Source: Terriglobia bacterium (lineage in GTDB: Bacteria > Acidobacteriota > Terriglobia > 20CM-2-55-15). Taken from it: 64,000 bases of DNA. A program made the translations under genes and the position numbers. The DNA is taken from positions 256,001-320,000 of the forward strand of contig CBDCLE010000002.1 of the NCBI GenBank assembly GCA_965218585.1. Reading direction: 5' to 3'. Positions 10,916-24,000 of this stretch are shown in pieces. The stretch's first letter is position 1, and every line of letters begins with the position of its first letter. The notes beneath the pieces are model-generated. The model saw only the letters and a list, made by a program, of their open reading frames with translations, was not told where the DNA came from and ran no database searches.

Positions 10916-11722
10916 ATGACTCGTCGCCCCGCCGTAGCCGGAACGTTTTATCCGGAGGACCGTGAAGCGCTGGAAGAAACACTCCGCGGTGTAACGGACC
11001 CATCGGGGGAACGCGTCCACGCACGTGGCGTCGTCGTCCCCCACGCAGGCTACGTGTATTCGGGACATGTAGCTGGCGCCGTCTACTCCCAACTCCACCT
11101 TCCCGACCGTTTCATCATCCTGTGCCCTAACCACACCGGGCTTGGCCGGCCACTGGCCGTCATGGACTCCGGTGAATGGGAAACGCCTATGGGCAACGTT
11201 GCCATCGACGAAGACCTGGCGACGAGGCTGCTGGAACTGAATCCGGACCTCGAGGCAGACACCACGGCCCATATCTCCGAACACGCCCTGGAAGTCCAAC
11301 TGCCGTTTCTTCAGTTTCTGAAAGAGTCTGAGATTCAATTCGTCCCGATCACAGTAGGAAGATCCGATCTTGGCGCACTCGAACGCCTCGGTGAATCGAT
11401 GGCTCAGGTCGTCGATGCACATTCTGAAGAAATCCTGATTATCGCTTCGAGCGACATGAACCACTACGAAGCCGACGCGCCGACGCGCATCAAGGACAAG
11501 CGAGCGATTGACCGAATGCTGGAGCGCGATGCAAAGGGTCTCTACAACGTGGTGGTCTCGGAAGGAATTTCCATGTGCGGTTTCGGTCCAGCAACATCGA
11601 TGCTTGTGGCGGCCAACCGAATGGGCGCGTCCAATGCCGAACTGGTGCGATACGCAACGTCAGGAGACATCTTCGGGGATCGGGACCGTGTCGTGGGCTA
11701 TGCAGGGATCATCGTTTTGTAG
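10916..11722 (+). CDS. amrB: AmmeMemoRadiSam system protein B (MEMO1 family)
   Basis: RRPAVAGTFYP, PHAGYVYSG, PNHTG, EHALEVQLPFLQ, SSDMNHY, MCG and VVGYAG motifs. Confidence 0.92.
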   Translation: MTRRPAVAGTFYPEDREALEETLRGVTDPSGERVHARGVVVPHAGYVYSGHVAGAVYSQLHLPDRFIILCPNHTGLGRPLAVMDSGEWETPMGNVAIDEDLATRLLELNPDLEADTTAHISEHALEVQLPFLQFLKESEIQFVPITVGRSDLGALERLGESMAQVVDAHSEEILIIASSDMNHYEADAPTRIKDKRAIDRMLERDAKGLYNVVVSEGISMCGFGPATSMLVAANRMGASNAELVRYATSGDIFGDRDRVVGYAGIIVL

Positions 11723-11770
11723 ACCCGGTCACCACAGAGACGCAGAGTCCACGAAGATCACGAGGTTTAA

Positions 11771-12418
11771 CTATCTTTGGCCGCGGACGGGCGGATTTGC
11801 GACAGGTGGAGTCGCGGGGGGGACGCCGTACGGGAAAGGTTGGGGGTATCCCACGTAGATATTCGGGAAGTAGGGATAGCTTTCTTCTTCGCTTCTGCGG
11901 CGTATCGTGGAGCCGGCCTGATAGACGCGAGCGGCGCGCGCTCCGGGAGCTCTAAAGACGACGGCGTCTGTGTTCACGTTTTCCATCGTCAAACCTCCAG
12001 ATAACACCTGAAGGATGATGCCGCTGCCGGAGAGTTCGAAATCGGCTTCACCCGGCGCTTCCGATACCAGAAAGTCACCCACAGAGGACTCGACTCGAAG
12101 AGACCAGGCATCTGTCCGGACACGGACCCGCCCCTGCTCCAGCCGAATCGACGGCAGAGCGTCCAGAGATTCCAACCCGACTACGGAATCGGGGGACAGC
12201 GTCAAACGGATTCCCGGCTCCACGTCAATCACCACGAAAGACGCCGGACCTGTCCGAATCCTATCGCCTTCCTCCAGCGGCTCGGAAACAGACCGGCTCT
12301 GGAAAGAGAGATCGGTGATCTCAATACTGTTACCCCTGGCAACTATTCTGGCCGACTCCTGCCCAAAGGCAGGCGACCCAAGCGAGAAGGCAAGTAATGT
12401 AACTAGAGTTCGAATCAC
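11771..12418 (-). CDS. FecR-domain-like exported protein
   Basis: Signal peptide, LEEGDRIRTG...LEQGRV pattern and a Pro-rich tail. Confidence 0.6.
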   Translation of the reverse strand: MIRTLVTLLAFSLGSPAFGQESARIVARGNSIEITDLSFQSRSVSEPLEEGDRIRTGPASFVVIDVEPGIRLTLSPDSVVGLESLDALPSIRLEQGRVRVRTDAWSLRVESSVGDFLVSEAPGEADFELSGSGIILQVLSGGLTMENVNTDAVVFRAPGARAARVYQAGSTIRRRSEEESYPYFPNIYVGYPQPFPYGVPPATPPVANPPVRGQR

Positions 12419-12433
12419 GTTAATTCCTGTCGT

Positions 12434-13078
12434 TCAGTCCAGTGCTTCAATGTCTTCCTTCAATCGCGTTGCCGTCGTCCGCGCATAGTTCACTATGCGG
12501 GCGTCGGCCGCTATGCGCTCGAGCATCGGAATCAGCCGGGGGGCATCGGCCAGCCTGTCGCGGCCCAGGTCCCTTTCGATCTGATCCAGCCGCCCCGGAA
12601 TACCCAATCGATCGAACTCTAGCGCAGTCTCGATATCGAGCAGGAGCATCTCCTGCGTAATCAGCCGGTCGAAAAATCCCGTCAGTTCGGTAACTTCAAT
12701 ACGGGTCGCAAGGTAAAAGCTCGCTTCCCGGGTTCCCTGGGGGCCTTCCAGGACCATGTTCTTGCGACCGACGCTCAGCACTTCCCGCCCGGAATCGTAC
12801 TCGTCTGCCTCAGCCAGATAGTCGGTTCCGGCCAGCAGATCTATGAACTTACGGGTTCCTGAAACCGACAGATCGAGCCCCACATCTACTGTATCGGCAT
12901 CGGCGTACATGAGCATGAAGGTTCCTTCGCCCGAAGCGTCTAACCTTATGCATTGAACATCGCCGGTTCCACCGAGACCGTCGCGGCAAAAGCTGAAACT
13001 CGTAAAGTCACCCTGTGGTAAGAGCGCCAGAAGCGAAAAAAGCAGAAGACTAGTCAAGGTTGGCTGTCGCCTCCTCAA
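12434..13078 (-). CDS. Hypothetical exported protein
   Basis: 214-aa ORF with a signal-like N-terminus, co-oriented with and overlapping the end of ruvC. Confidence 0.6.
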   Translation of the reverse strand: MRRRQPTLTSLLLFSLLALLPQGDFTSFSFCRDGLGGTGDVQCIRLDASGEGTFMLMYADADTVDVGLDLSVSGTRKFIDLLAGTDYLAEADEYDSGREVLSVGRKNMVLEGPQGTREASFYLATRIEVTELTGFFDRLITQEMLLLDIETALEFDRLGIPGRLDQIERDLGRDRLADAPRLIPMLERIAADARIVNYARTTATRLKEDIEALD

Positions 13079-13548
13079 ATCGGTAACTCTGCGCGTGGCA
13101 GATCGCTACCGCCAATGCATCGGACGCATCATGAGGTTCCGGAACTTCGGCGAGCCGCAGCAGGGATTTCACCATCTGCTGAACCTGCGCCTTCTCGGCC
13201 CGGCCGTAACCGGTTACCGCACTCTTCACCTGTAGAGCGGAATACTCGTGCACGGGAAGTCCTGCCTGTGCCGCCGCAAACATAGAGACGCCTCTCACGT
13301 GACCGAGTTTGAGCGCGCTCTGCGCGTTAGCTGCATGGAAAACGCTCTCAAAGACTGCCACGTCAGGTGTGTGGTCTCGAATTACTTCCTGGAGGGCAGC
13401 ATGTATGGACTGAAGACGGAGAGCGAGCGGGTCGGCCACCTTGGTTTTGATTGCGCCACAATCGATGTAGCGACACCTGTCCAGCCCCCGTTTCGACAAC
13501 GCCGTACCCCGTCACACGGGAACCGCAATCTACTCCAAGGATGCGCAT
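13050..13548 (-). CDS. ruvC: Holliday junction resolvase RuvC (one frameshift near 13485)
   Basis: MRILGVDCGSRVTGYGVV in one frame; FESVF, LGHVRGV, VKSAVTGYGRAEKAQVQ and DASDALAVAICH in another. Lies directly downstream of yebC. Confidence 0.9.
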
Positions 13549-13563
13549 AGGCAGAACTCGCCG

Positions 13564-14310
13564 CTAAACAACCCCCGCCATTTCCGACTCTTCGATGTCG
13601 AAGTTTGCGTGGATGTTCTGTACGTCTTCGTGATCGTCGAGCACGTCCATCAGCTTGGTCATCTGCTGGGCGGGTTTGCCCTCGAGCTTGATGTAGTTCT
13701 GCGGAATCATCGATAGCTCTGCCGTAGTAGGCTCGATGCCGCTCTTTTTGAGTCCTTCCAGCACTTCGTCAAACGACTCCGGCTCAGTCAGGATTTCGTA
13801 CTGATCTTCCTGTGCCGAAAAGTCTTCCGCACCCGCCTCGATCGCCGCATTCATCGCTGTTTCTTCGTCCACGTCTCCGGCTGGAACGAGAATGTAGCCA
13901 CGCTTTGTGAACATCCAGGCTACACATCCGTTTTCACCGAGGTTTCCACCATGCTTACTGAAAGTATGACGAATTTCACCCACGGTACGGTTCCGATTGT
14001 CTGTCATCACCTCGACCATCACCGCGACACCGCCGGGTCCGTATCCTTCGTAAACGATCTCCTCGATCGAAGTGCCTTCGAGTTCTCCAGTCCCCTTCAT
14101 GATGGCCCGTTTGATGTTGTCCGCGGGCATGTTGAGGCCCTTGGCGTCGGAAACAGCCTTGCGCAACTGGGGGTTCCCTTCAGGATCTCCGCCTCCGGTA
14201 CGCGCCGCGACTGTAATTTCCTTGATCACCTTCGTGAACGCTTTCCCACGCTTGGCGTCGGTCGCCGCCTTTTTATGCTTGATGCTGGCCCACTTCGAAT
14301 GGCCGGACAT
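13564..14310 (-). CDS. yebC: YebC/PmpR family protein
   Basis: [22 protein letters not shown] and TDNRNRT motifs. Confidence 0.96.
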   Translation of the reverse strand: MSGHSKWASIKHKKAATDAKRGKAFTKVIKEITVAARTGGGDPEGNPQLRKAVSDAKGLNMPADNIKRAIMKGTGELEGTSIEEIVYEGYGPGGVAVMVEVMTDNRNRTVGEIRHTFSKHGGNLGENGCVAWMFTKRGYILVPAGDVDEETAMNAAIEAGAEDFSAQEDQYEILTEPESFDEVLEGLKKSGIEPTTAELSMIPQNYIKLEGKPAQQMTKLMDVLDDHEDVQNIHANFDIEESEMAGVV

Positions 14311-14440
14311 AGTGACTCCCTATACAAATCCGGTAGCGGCGTCTTCAGAACGGCGCCACCACTCGAATTTCGCTATCAGTTTAGCATAGAGGGAATCGGA
14401 GAAAGGGAGGGTTATCTACTGTGCTTGTTGGGAGTTATAG

Positions 14441-14474
14441 ACCGAACGGGCCAGTTCACAACCGGCCCGTTCGG
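14441..14474. terminator. GC-rich hairpin, probable terminator
   Basis: CCGAACGGGCC...GGCCCGTTCGG inverted repeat just after the stop codon at 14485. Confidence 0.5.
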
Positions 14475-14484
14475 GAGGCTCTTC

Positions 14485-15324
14485 TTAAGGGTTCGGAGCG
14501 ATAGGATCGGTGACGTCGGCGTCCACGTCGTCCTCGACCGCGTCACCGAATGTAAGAGTCACATCTGACGCGAACTCCTTGTAGTTTTCATACCGGATGA
14601 CCTGACGGATACGTCGGGGACCCGTAGAAAAATTCAGCGTGTCGACGGCCCGGGTATAGGTTGGGAACCAGTAGTCGTCGATCTGCTCCCGGTAGGTCTC
14701 GAAACGTGGAAACAGATTCTCCTGGTCGCCATCTATGATATCGGGAACGGCCTTGCCAAACGTCTTTACGATCTGCAGGTCAAGATCGTCGACCCAGATC
14801 TGCCCTTCAAAATAACGCTCGCCCTCTTCCAGTGTTCTTGGCCCGACCTGGAAAACATACGTATCGATCTCATCGATCAATTCCTTGCCCAGATATTCGA
14901 CATCGTAAAGGTGCAGCTCTTCCGTCGTCAGAACGAAAGGCTGGATGTCACGAATGTCGTCCAGATCCTGCGGCGTGAGCTGAATGCCCTGGAGCGTACT
15001 CTGCGGTGCGAAGATGACTTTCTCGGTCCGCTCCCGACCTCCGGGCGCGAAAAGAATGTCGCTCACCATCCTGTATTCACCGATTGCCCGGTCCCGGGCG
15101 TTCAGTTCCTGAACCGTCACGTCCTGGCGATACGTGTAGTTGCCACGCGCCACCCTGAACTCCGATTCCTTGCTGGCAAACTGTTCGATGATTTCCTCGA
15201 CAGGAATAGGGGGTTGCTCGTCCCGCAATCCACCGTCCTGTGCACCGGCCGGGATCGGTACGCTTATCAGAAAGGTGACCAACAAGCTGAACAGAAAGGG
15301 CGTTATCCTTCTTGCGTATATCAT
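14485..15324 (-). CDS. Conserved exported protein (LolA/MucB-like fold possible)
   Basis: Signal peptide; YTYRQDV, YFEGQIWVDD.DLQIVKT.GK and YWFPTYT motifs. GGAGGAG RBS lies before ATG 15324. Confidence 0.7.
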   Translation of the reverse strand: MIYARRITPFLFSLLVTFLISVPIPAGAQDGGLRDEQPPIPVEEIIEQFASKESEFRVARGNYTYRQDVTVQELNARDRAIGEYRMVSDILFAPGGRERTEKVIFAPQSTLQGIQLTPQDLDDIRDIQPFVLTTEELHLYDVEYLGKELIDEIDTYVFQVGPRTLEEGERYFEGQIWVDDLDLQIVKTFGKAVPDIIDGDQENLFPRFETYREQIDDYWFPTYTRAVDTLNFSTGPRRIRQVIRYENYKEFASDVTLTFGDAVEDDVDADVTDPIAPNP

Positions 15325-15494
15325 TCGGATCTTCTCCTCCAGCATCTCAACTCCATTTTCGTGGCGTTGGGAGGTTCCGCCCTCCAACTGCCACTCCGTA
15401 AGTAGCCGACTGTTGATTTAGAACGTCAAACCAAATACGCTAACCGGTTTAGACGAGCGATCGGCACACACGTTTAAACCCGAATATTATCTGG

Positions 15495-15558
15495 AAAAAT
15501 GGGGGACTGACACCCTTTTTCGAGCGGAAGCCGTATGACAGTCTGTGGGTCCCTTTTT
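15495..15558. repeat. Degenerate intergenic palindromic (REP/MITE-like) element
   Basis: AAAAATGGGGGACTGACACCCTTTTT...GGGTCCCTTTTT resembles the elements at 44375 and 51649. Confidence 0.35.
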
Positions 15559-15617
15559 GCCCGAAGGCCAGCGATCTCATTCCAGCCTCACTCCAGTAAG
15601 ATCTGGCTGCGCAGTTC

Positions 15618-16714
15618 ATGAAAGTACCTTTCTTCGACCTCAAAAGACAACTGGGGCCATTCGGGACGAGCTCGGCGAAGCGCTAATGGAAGTCATTGAT
15701 TCCCAGAGATTTTATATTAGGGCCAGCAGTTGAAAAGGCAGAAGCTGAGGTGGCAGCAAAGCTATCTGCCGAGCAGGCCATTGGGGTCGCAAACGGGTCG
15801 GATGCCCTCATGCTCGCTCTCATGGCCGCCGAAATCGGGCCCGGCGCGGAGGTCATCGTTCCGGCATTCAGCTTCTTTTCAACAGCCTCTTCGGCTGTCA
15901 GGCTTGGCGCCCGCGTCGTCTTTGCTGACATCGATTTTCAGACCTTCCAGATCGATCCGGATGAAATCCGCAGAAAGATAACTCCCCGGACGCGGGCCGT
16001 GATCGCCACCCATCTTTTCGGCGACTGCGCCGACATGCTTCGAATCCAGACGATCGCGGCGGATCACGGCATTCTCATCATCGAAGACGTAGCCCAGGCG
16101 TTCGGAGCAACACATCGGGGGAGAACGGCCGGGACGATGGGCTTCTGCGGTTGCCTCTCTTTCTATCCGACCAAGAACCTTGCGGCGATCGGTGATGCCG
16201 GCATGGTCGTCACGCAAGACTCCCAGACCGCCGAACGACTCCGTCTGCTTCGCGCTCACGGCCTCGAGAACGGTTACGAGCACAACCTGCCGGGGATCAA
16301 CAGCCGTCTGGACTCCCTGCAGGCGGCTGCCATATCGGTCCGGCTCCCCTACGTGGACGGATGGAACGAAAGGCGCCGCCAGACGGCAAAACGTTATTCG
16401 GCGGGTCTTCGAGGTATGGTGACACTTCCGATGCCTCCCGAACACAATGAAGCCGTATACAATCAGTTTGTGATTCGGACTTCCGAGAGGGACGCACTTA
16501 GAGAATTTTTGTCGGGACACGGGATCGGAACCGAGATCTACTATCCCATTCCCCTGCATCTCCAAAAGGTCTGGGCGCGGTCTGTGGATCTCCTGGAGAC
16601 TTCCCGCGGGCGGAGGAATCAGCTCGGACATGTCTGGCGCTGCCGATATTTCCGGAGCTCGAGGAGGAAGAGATCGACTACGTGATCGAAAAGATTCGGG
16701 AGTTTTTCGAATGA
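15618..16714 (+). pseudogene. DegT/DnrJ/EryC1/StrS aminotransferase (multiple frameshifts)
   Basis: MKVPFFDLKRQ start; NGSDALMLAL, EDVAQAFG, SFYPTKNL, NSRLD and [10 protein letters not shown] motifs. The true end overlaps the next gene's start (ATGA at 16711-16714). Frameshifts lie near 15660, 15710 and 16570-16640. Confidence 0.85.
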
Positions 16715-18034
16715 TCCGCGACGAACTCATCGGGAAGATCGAGTCCCGTGACGCCGTAGTTGGCGTCGTCGGCCTTGGGTATGTCGGTCTTCCACTCGTC
16801 CTCCGGTTCGGAGAAGTCGGATTCCATGTCGTGGGTTTCGATGTCGACCCCAGCAAAGTTGAGCAGCTCAACAAGGGTCAATCCTATATCGGACATGTTG
16901 AAGAAACCCGCGTCTTCGGGCTTCGCGACAGTGGCCGATTCGAAGCCACGTCGGATTTCTCGAAACTCGCCCAAGCCGACTGCGTGATCATATGCGTACC
17001 TACACCGCTCAACGGCAATCGCGAACCCGACATGCAATACGTAACGACGACGGCTGCCGCCGTCGGCAAGACGCTTCGCGACGGGCAGTTAGTGGTGCTC
17101 GAAAGCACGACGTATCCGGGAACGACGCGAGAGGTGTTGCTCGAAGGCTTCAAAGACTCGGGCCTCGAGGTCGGGAACAACTACTTCCTGGCCTACTCGC
17201 CCGAGCGCGAGGACCCCGGCAACACGAGTTACTCTACTCAGACAATCCCCAAGGTCGTAGGCGGAACAACCGATAACTGTCTGTCGGTAGCGAAAGCTTT
17301 GTATGGACAGGTGATCGACGAACTCGTTCCCGTGTCTTCGACAGACACAGCCGAGTTGGTCAAGCTTCTCGAAAATATCTACCGCTCGGTCAATATCGCG
17401 CTGGTCAACGAACTGAAGCTTCTGTGCGACCGGATGGACATCGACGTCTGGGAAGTGATTGATGCCGCCAAGACAAAACCCTTTGGTTTTACTCCCTTCT
17501 ATCCTGGCCCCGGTCTGGGAGGTCATTGCATTCCGATCGATCCATTCTATCTGGCCTGGAAGGCCCGAGAACATGGCTTTGCGGCGCGTTTTATCGAACT
17601 CGCCGGAGAGGTCAACACGGCCATTCCCAGGTATGTCGTCGAAAAGATCGCCTGGGGCCTTAACGACCACGGCAAGTCAATCCGCGGCGCCAAGATCTTA
17701 ATCCTGGGCGTCGCCTACAAGAAGGATGTAGACGACACACGGGAATCGCCCGCGATGGAAATCATGCGCCCTTCTAAAGGAAAAAGGTGCAGAAATCGCC
17801 TACCACGATCCGTTCGTCTCGCAGCTTTACACGATGCGACATTACGATTTTTCAGACTTGTCTTCGGTCGAACTAACCGAGGGTCTGCTCAAGGATCAAG
17901 ACGCCGTCGTGATCGCGACAGACCACTCGAAGATCGACTACGGGTGGATCGTGAATCACTCAGGACTTGTCATCGACACGCGGAACGCGACGCGGAAGGT
18001 GAAGGAAGGCCGCGAAAAAATCGTTCTCGCCTAA
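16711..18034 (+). CDS. Nucleotide-sugar (UDP-GlcNAc/ManNAc) 6-dehydrogenase, WbpA/WecC type (frameshift near 17770)
   Basis: [40 protein letters not shown] and DTRESP motifs. The C-terminus (TDH...IDTRN) is in the 17834-18034 frame. Confidence 0.88.
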
Positions 18035-18093
18035 CCACCGCTTTCATCGAAGCCGATCGATTTCCAACTTCTTGGACCGCGGATAGCGCCCAG

Positions 18094-21000
18094 TTATTCG
18101 TCTTCGTTCAGCTTGCGCACCTGATGGTTGGACCCACCTGAGACAAAGAGCTGCGTACCGTCGCCCCAGATCGTCTGTGGACTATTGAAGCCGGGCGCTG
18201 GAGCCGGAACCAACGGCAACAAAACCGGCGTTGCCGGCAGAACCGGCAGGAGTAATGACGGCTGCACTGGAAATCGCAACCTGTCGGATGACATGATTAG
18301 ACAGATCCACAACATACAGATTCGTCCCGTCGCCCCAGACACTGTGTGGGAAATTAAACTTGGCTCCGGTTCCCGTTCCGTTATTCGATCCGGACGTGCC
18401 GGACACGCCGGCAAACGTTGTTACGGCTTGATTGGAAATGACGATCTTCCGGATCGTGTGATTCCCGCCCTCGGTCACGTAGAGGTTCGTGTTGTCGCCC
18501 CAGATGCCGAGCGGGAGGTTGAAGAGCGCGGATGTACCGCTGGCATCGGTCGATCCGCTTGTGCCGGACTGGCCCGCAAACGTCGTTACGACTCCGGAAG
18601 ATACGACGATCTTGCGGATTGAGTGATTGTCCTTGTCGGCAATATAGAGTGTCGCTGCATCACCCCAAAGCGCGTGTGGAGCATTGAAGAAAGCAGCCGT
18701 CCCCGTACCGTCGGTGGTTCCTGAAGTTCCCGCGGTTCCGGCCAGAGTCGTCACGACTCCGGTCGAAATCACGATCTTTCGTATCGTGTGATTCCCCGTG
18801 TCGGTTGCGTAGAGATTACCCAGGCCATCTCCCCACAGGCCTTCCGGAAAACTGAATCTAGCCGCTGAACCCGTCCCGTCCGTCGTTCCGGAGCTACCCG
18901 CCGTCCCGGCCAGCGTCGTCGTGGCACCACCCGATATCACGATCTTGCGGATCGTGTGGTTGTTGGTATCCGAAACGTAGAGGTTGCCCTGACCGTCGCC
19001 CCACGTTCCACCCGGGAACTTGAATCGAGCCTTATCACCGGACGCGTCCGTCGAACCACTCTTGGGATTCGGGCTCCCGGCCAGCGTCGTGAAGGAAACC
19101 GAGGTGAGATCGGTTTGTCGTATCGCATGATTGAGCTGTTCCGTGACGTAGAGCTTGTTGCCGGCGCCGAAGAGATAGCTGGGATTGTCGAATTGCACCG
19201 TGCTGGCGTTGCCGTTGACGAAGCCGGCACTCCCAGTGCCCGCGAACGTCGATACAGTAGCCGACGAGATTACAATCTTCCGGATCACGTCGTTTCCAGT
19301 GCCAGCGACGAAGAGATTTCCGGAACCGTCGTACCAGATCCCCCCTAGAGATCTAAATTGGGCCGTCGCGCCGACACCCTCGACGTAACCGCCGGAGGGT
19401 GAGAATGATCCAGCCACAGACGTCACTTCAGTGGTCGAGATGACGATCTTCCGGATCTTCTTGTTCCCGGAGTCCGCAATGTACAGATTGCCCGCCCCGT
19501 CACCTGTCACGCCGGCCACGAAATTGAACTTCGCGGAAGTCCCGGTAATATTATCGACTTCACCCTGCGAGGAACCCGCCAGCGTCGTCACCGTTGCCGT
19601 CGAAATTACAATCTGGCGGATCAGATAGTTGTTACCGTCAGCGATAAAGAGATTGCCGGTGTCGTCACCCCAGAGCCCCTGTGGGAAGCGGAACTGCGCC
19701 GAAGCTCCAACCCCGTTTCCGCTGCCGGCACTCCCCGAGCCGGCCAGCGTCGTCACGACGCCGGTCGAGATTACGACCTTCCGGACGGCGTGGTTATCTT
19801 TATCCACGACGTAGAGGTTGCCGGACCCGTCGCCCCAAACACCGGTCGGTTGGTTGAACCGGGCTGCAGAGCCCGTATCGTTGACTAACCCTGTTTGACC
19901 CGGTGAACCCGCCAGCGTCGTGACCACGCCTGACGAAATCACAACCTTGCGAATCGTGTGGTTGAATTTGTCCGCGACATAAAGGTTCGTGCTGTCGGCC
20001 CAGACACCGGCCGGCTGGTTAAACGCTGCCGTCGGTCCCGTCCCGTCTTCACTGCCGAAGCCCTTGCTGCCCGCCAGCGTCTCCACCTGAAATGTGCCGG
20101 CGCTGGCGATCGCGCTGGAATTGATCGTGAAGTTGGATGTGTTACTCGAGCCCGAAGTCGTGACCGAGACGGTTCGGGTACCGGTGGCACCACTCAGGAT
20201 CAGTACGGCTGTGATCTGCGTCGCGGAGTCGATCGTAAAACCGGAAACGTAGGCACCTGTTCCGCTGACATTGACCGCGGTCCCTGAGAAGTTTGTGCCT
20301 GTGATCGTGACCGGAACGGTGGCGCCCTGTTTGCCGGATGTCGGACTGATGCTGGTGATCGTGGGGGCGGCAAGCACAACCGTGAACGTCTGCGACCCAC
20401 TTGTTCCGGCTCCCGTTGTGACGGTCACCGTGCGGCCACTGAGTGTCGCTCCGCTGCCAACCGTGAACGTCGCTGTCAGCGAGGTCGTACTCGTTACATT
20501 CACACTCGATACCGCCACGTCAGAACCGGACACTGCTACGGTCGTACCCCCCGAAACAAAACCTGTTCCGGTCAGTGTGACGGCCACGGCCGCTCCCCGT
20601 GCTCCCGAACTCGGACTGACGCTGGTCAATGTCGGTGTGCCGGTGACGACCACAGTCCTCGTAACAGCTAAGATCTGGGTACTCGGATTTGCTTTCTCGA
20701 AGATGAATCCGTTCGGAATCGTGTTCGTACCGTCATGAACGGTCGGCTGCGGTGTGGGAGTCAGGGCGCCGGTGCCGCTCTGAAGGCCGGAATTGTCGAC
20801 CCAGCCGGAAAACGCCGTAACTTCGTTCGTCGACATCCGCATGCGACGAATCACATGGTTGCGGTCATCCACAATGTAGAGATACGTCGCGTCGCCAAAG
20901 ATCGCGTTGGGGAAATCGAACCTTGCTACAGTGCCCACGCCGTCCGCAAAACCGCTGGTTCCTTTCAGACCGGCCAACGTCGTCACAGCGCCGGTCGCAA

Positions 21001-24000
21001 TGACGACCTTCCGGATCGCGTGGTTCCCCACCTCGGAGACGTACAGGTTCCCATCACCATCACCCCACAGGCCTCTGGGCCGATCCAACCCGGCCGCTCC
21101 GCCCGTTCCGTCTGCCGTCCCCGATGTCGCCGACCCCGCCAGCGTCGTAACAGCACCAGTCGAAATCACGATCTTTCGAATCGAGGCGTTCGTATCCTCA
21201 CCGACGTAGAGATTGCCGGCGTCATCGCCCCAAACACCCCATGGCTCGTGGAAGCGGGCCACCGCTCCGGTGTCGTTGACCAAGCCCGTGGCACCGAACG
21301 TCCCGGCCAAAGTCGTGACCACTCCGGTTGAAATCACGATCTTCCGGATCACATGGTTCCCGGCATCGGCCACATACAGATTGCCCGACGTGTCACCCCA
21401 GATGCCACCCAGCTCCCCGAAACGCGCGGCGGTTCCTGTGGCGTTGACCATTCCGCTAGTTCCCTTGAGCTCCGCAATCGTCGTGACCTCACCCGTCGCG
21501 ATGACGACCTTCCGGATTGCGAAGTTGTTCCGCTCGGCCACGTACAGGTTGCCGTTGCCATCTCCCCAGATCCCCGCCGTCTCATCGAATCGGGCGGCTA
21601 AACCGGTCCCGTCTGCGGTCCCCGAGATGCCGTTTCCAGCAAGTGTTGTCACGCGACCCGTCGACAGGGAGATCTGACGCACCGTATGGTTCTCCCGCGA
21701 CGTGGTGTAGAGGTTCGTCCCGTCGCTCCAAACACCATGGGGCCTTTCGTACTTCGGAACGTCGGGTGAGACGCCAACCCAGAAATCGGATTCGGTTGTC
21801 GAAACTTCGTTGTTGATATTGACGTAGCGATACTGAATCGCCCCAGTCGAGAACAGGACGATCTGGAAGGTACTCAGTCCTCCGAGTGAAGTCTTGCCAA
21901 AAAGCCCCATCTTCTCGTAAGTGATTGCGAACGCCTGCGTCCCACCCACGGTCAGGGAGTTCGTAAAGACCTTGCTCCCGGACACGATATAAAGATCTGT
22001 CGCCAGGGCGGAGATACGCGCACGTGAAAGGAAAGTGCTTTCACTGAAGTTAAACGTGCTGTCGCCGCTACCAAACGTCAGGTTGCCATTGATGTTGACG
22101 TAGAGAGAACTGTGATTCGTCCCGAAGAACGGGAAAGAGAACGGCAGAGCTGGCGTCGTGGCCGAACCGACCAATTGTGTCCCATCGTCGACCGATCCAC
22201 TGAACGTGAGGTTTGTTCCGGACGTCTGCTGCGCGACGGTCGTGGGCACGCTCACTCCAGACGGGACGAAGTTGAGAACCTCTCCGTTCAGGAGCGATGG
22301 AGCCCGGGGACCAGCCACGGTCAGCGTTGTTGAACCTACTGCAAGTGCTGAGAGCGTTCCTGTCGTCGTAAGGCTCCCACTCGAGAACTCCAGACTCGAT
22401 CCAACGCTTGCAATGCCAGTAGCCGCCGTGCTCGCACCGATTTCCAGTTCGGCACTTTCCGTGTCGCTCGATCGGGTCACAGTAAACGAGGTCGACCCTC
22501 CCTGCGGAATCGTGATCGTACCGGACAGCGTCACACTTATCGTGCCGAAAGCACTTATCACAACCAGGGGGCCCGAGATTGTTGAAACTCCGGATGTCGA
22601 AGCGCTGATAGTTGTTGTTCCTGCAACAAGGCCGCGGATGGTCGCTATCGTTGAAAGACTGCCAGCTGGAATCTGTACCGTCGTCGAACTCACGGTAGAA
22701 CCACCGACCAGGAAACCTGCGTTAGTCGGCGCACTGGAAGTCAGCGTAACCGACGTTGCAGCCGTCCGAACATTGTTGATACTGACGCTGACCGCAGAAT
22801 TCGTGCTGACAAGGATGGTCCCAAACCCGGAAAGGGACAGACTATCTGGGTCCGTGGTACTACCGGTCGTAAACGAGAAGGAATCGGAGCCCCCACCGCC
22901 ACCGGTTGAGGGTGGATTGGTGACACTCAGCGTGTGGGAGCCGTCCTTGTTGCCGTCCGTCGGTACTGTGAACTGTATGGTCGTGCTGGTGACACGCGTC
23001 GGTACGATCGCACGTCCATCCAGGGTCAACTGCAGGGTCGGCAAGAAACCGGTACCCGTGATCGTGACCGTATCGCCGTCGCTCACCGTGTCCGGATCCG
23101 TGATCGACGTGATGTCCGGGACCGGAGCCGCTGCCTGAAGTACGGTCAGCAGCAACCCGTTCGAATCCGGTGCCCCCGGACTGGCCACTGTGATCTCATA
23201 GGTCCCGGCAATCAAAAGCCCAAAGAAGGTGCCGCCGAGAGACGTCGGCCCGTTGAACCGGGTGGGAAGCGCCACCCCGTCGATCAGGATCTCGGAACCG
23301 TCAACGAAGTTCTCTCCCCCCACGTCTATGGTCTGGACTGCGCCTTCGAGAGCTCTTTCCGGTGACAGTGAAGTCAGGACCGGAGCCGCATTCGTCACCG
23401 TGAACATCACGTCGTTGGAGGTGCCTCCACCCGGCACCGGATTCGTCACCGTGATCATGTGCTCGCCGGCCGCTGTTCCTCGGGGCACGGTCACCTCGAT
23501 CGTGGTTGCATCCAGATAACGCCCATCACCCAGCGACACCGTCGAGGTCGGGATGAATCCGCTCCCGGTCAGTGTGAGGGTGACCGGTAACTGGTCGACC
23601 CGTGCCGCCACCCGGTCGATCGCCTCGATCACCGGTACCGGGTTGCCGATGGCGAACGAGAGAGCATTCGAGATCCCCCCTCCCGGGGCCGGCGTGACCA
23701 CCGTCACTGCCAGGGTCCCGGCCACGGTGACCCCAAGTGAGGTCGGGCTACCCAGCGTCAGGGCCGTCACCGCCGCATCTCCCACACTGAAGATGAGCGT
23801 CCCCGAATCCACGAACGTCGTCTCGGTCCGACTCCCATCGATGTGTACGACCGAAGTGGGCAGGAATCCACTACCGGATACGGTCACCTCTACAGGCAAC
23901 TCGGCCAGACTGACTCTTGAGGGTGACAGGTCGGACAGTTCCGGCACCGGGTTCCTCACCAGCAGCGTGCCGCCGCCGGCCTCCCCCCCGCCCGGTGGCG

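Noticed and set aside
10916-11722. Complete AmmeMemoRadiSam system
   Set aside because: Only protein B is present; the nearby radical SAM is a B12-binding type, not AmrS.
18094-21740. Regular ~165-bp periodicity suggesting a CRISPR or non-coding array
   Set aside because: The repeats are degenerate at the DNA level and translate as NHL repeats; there are no identical direct repeats or cas genes.
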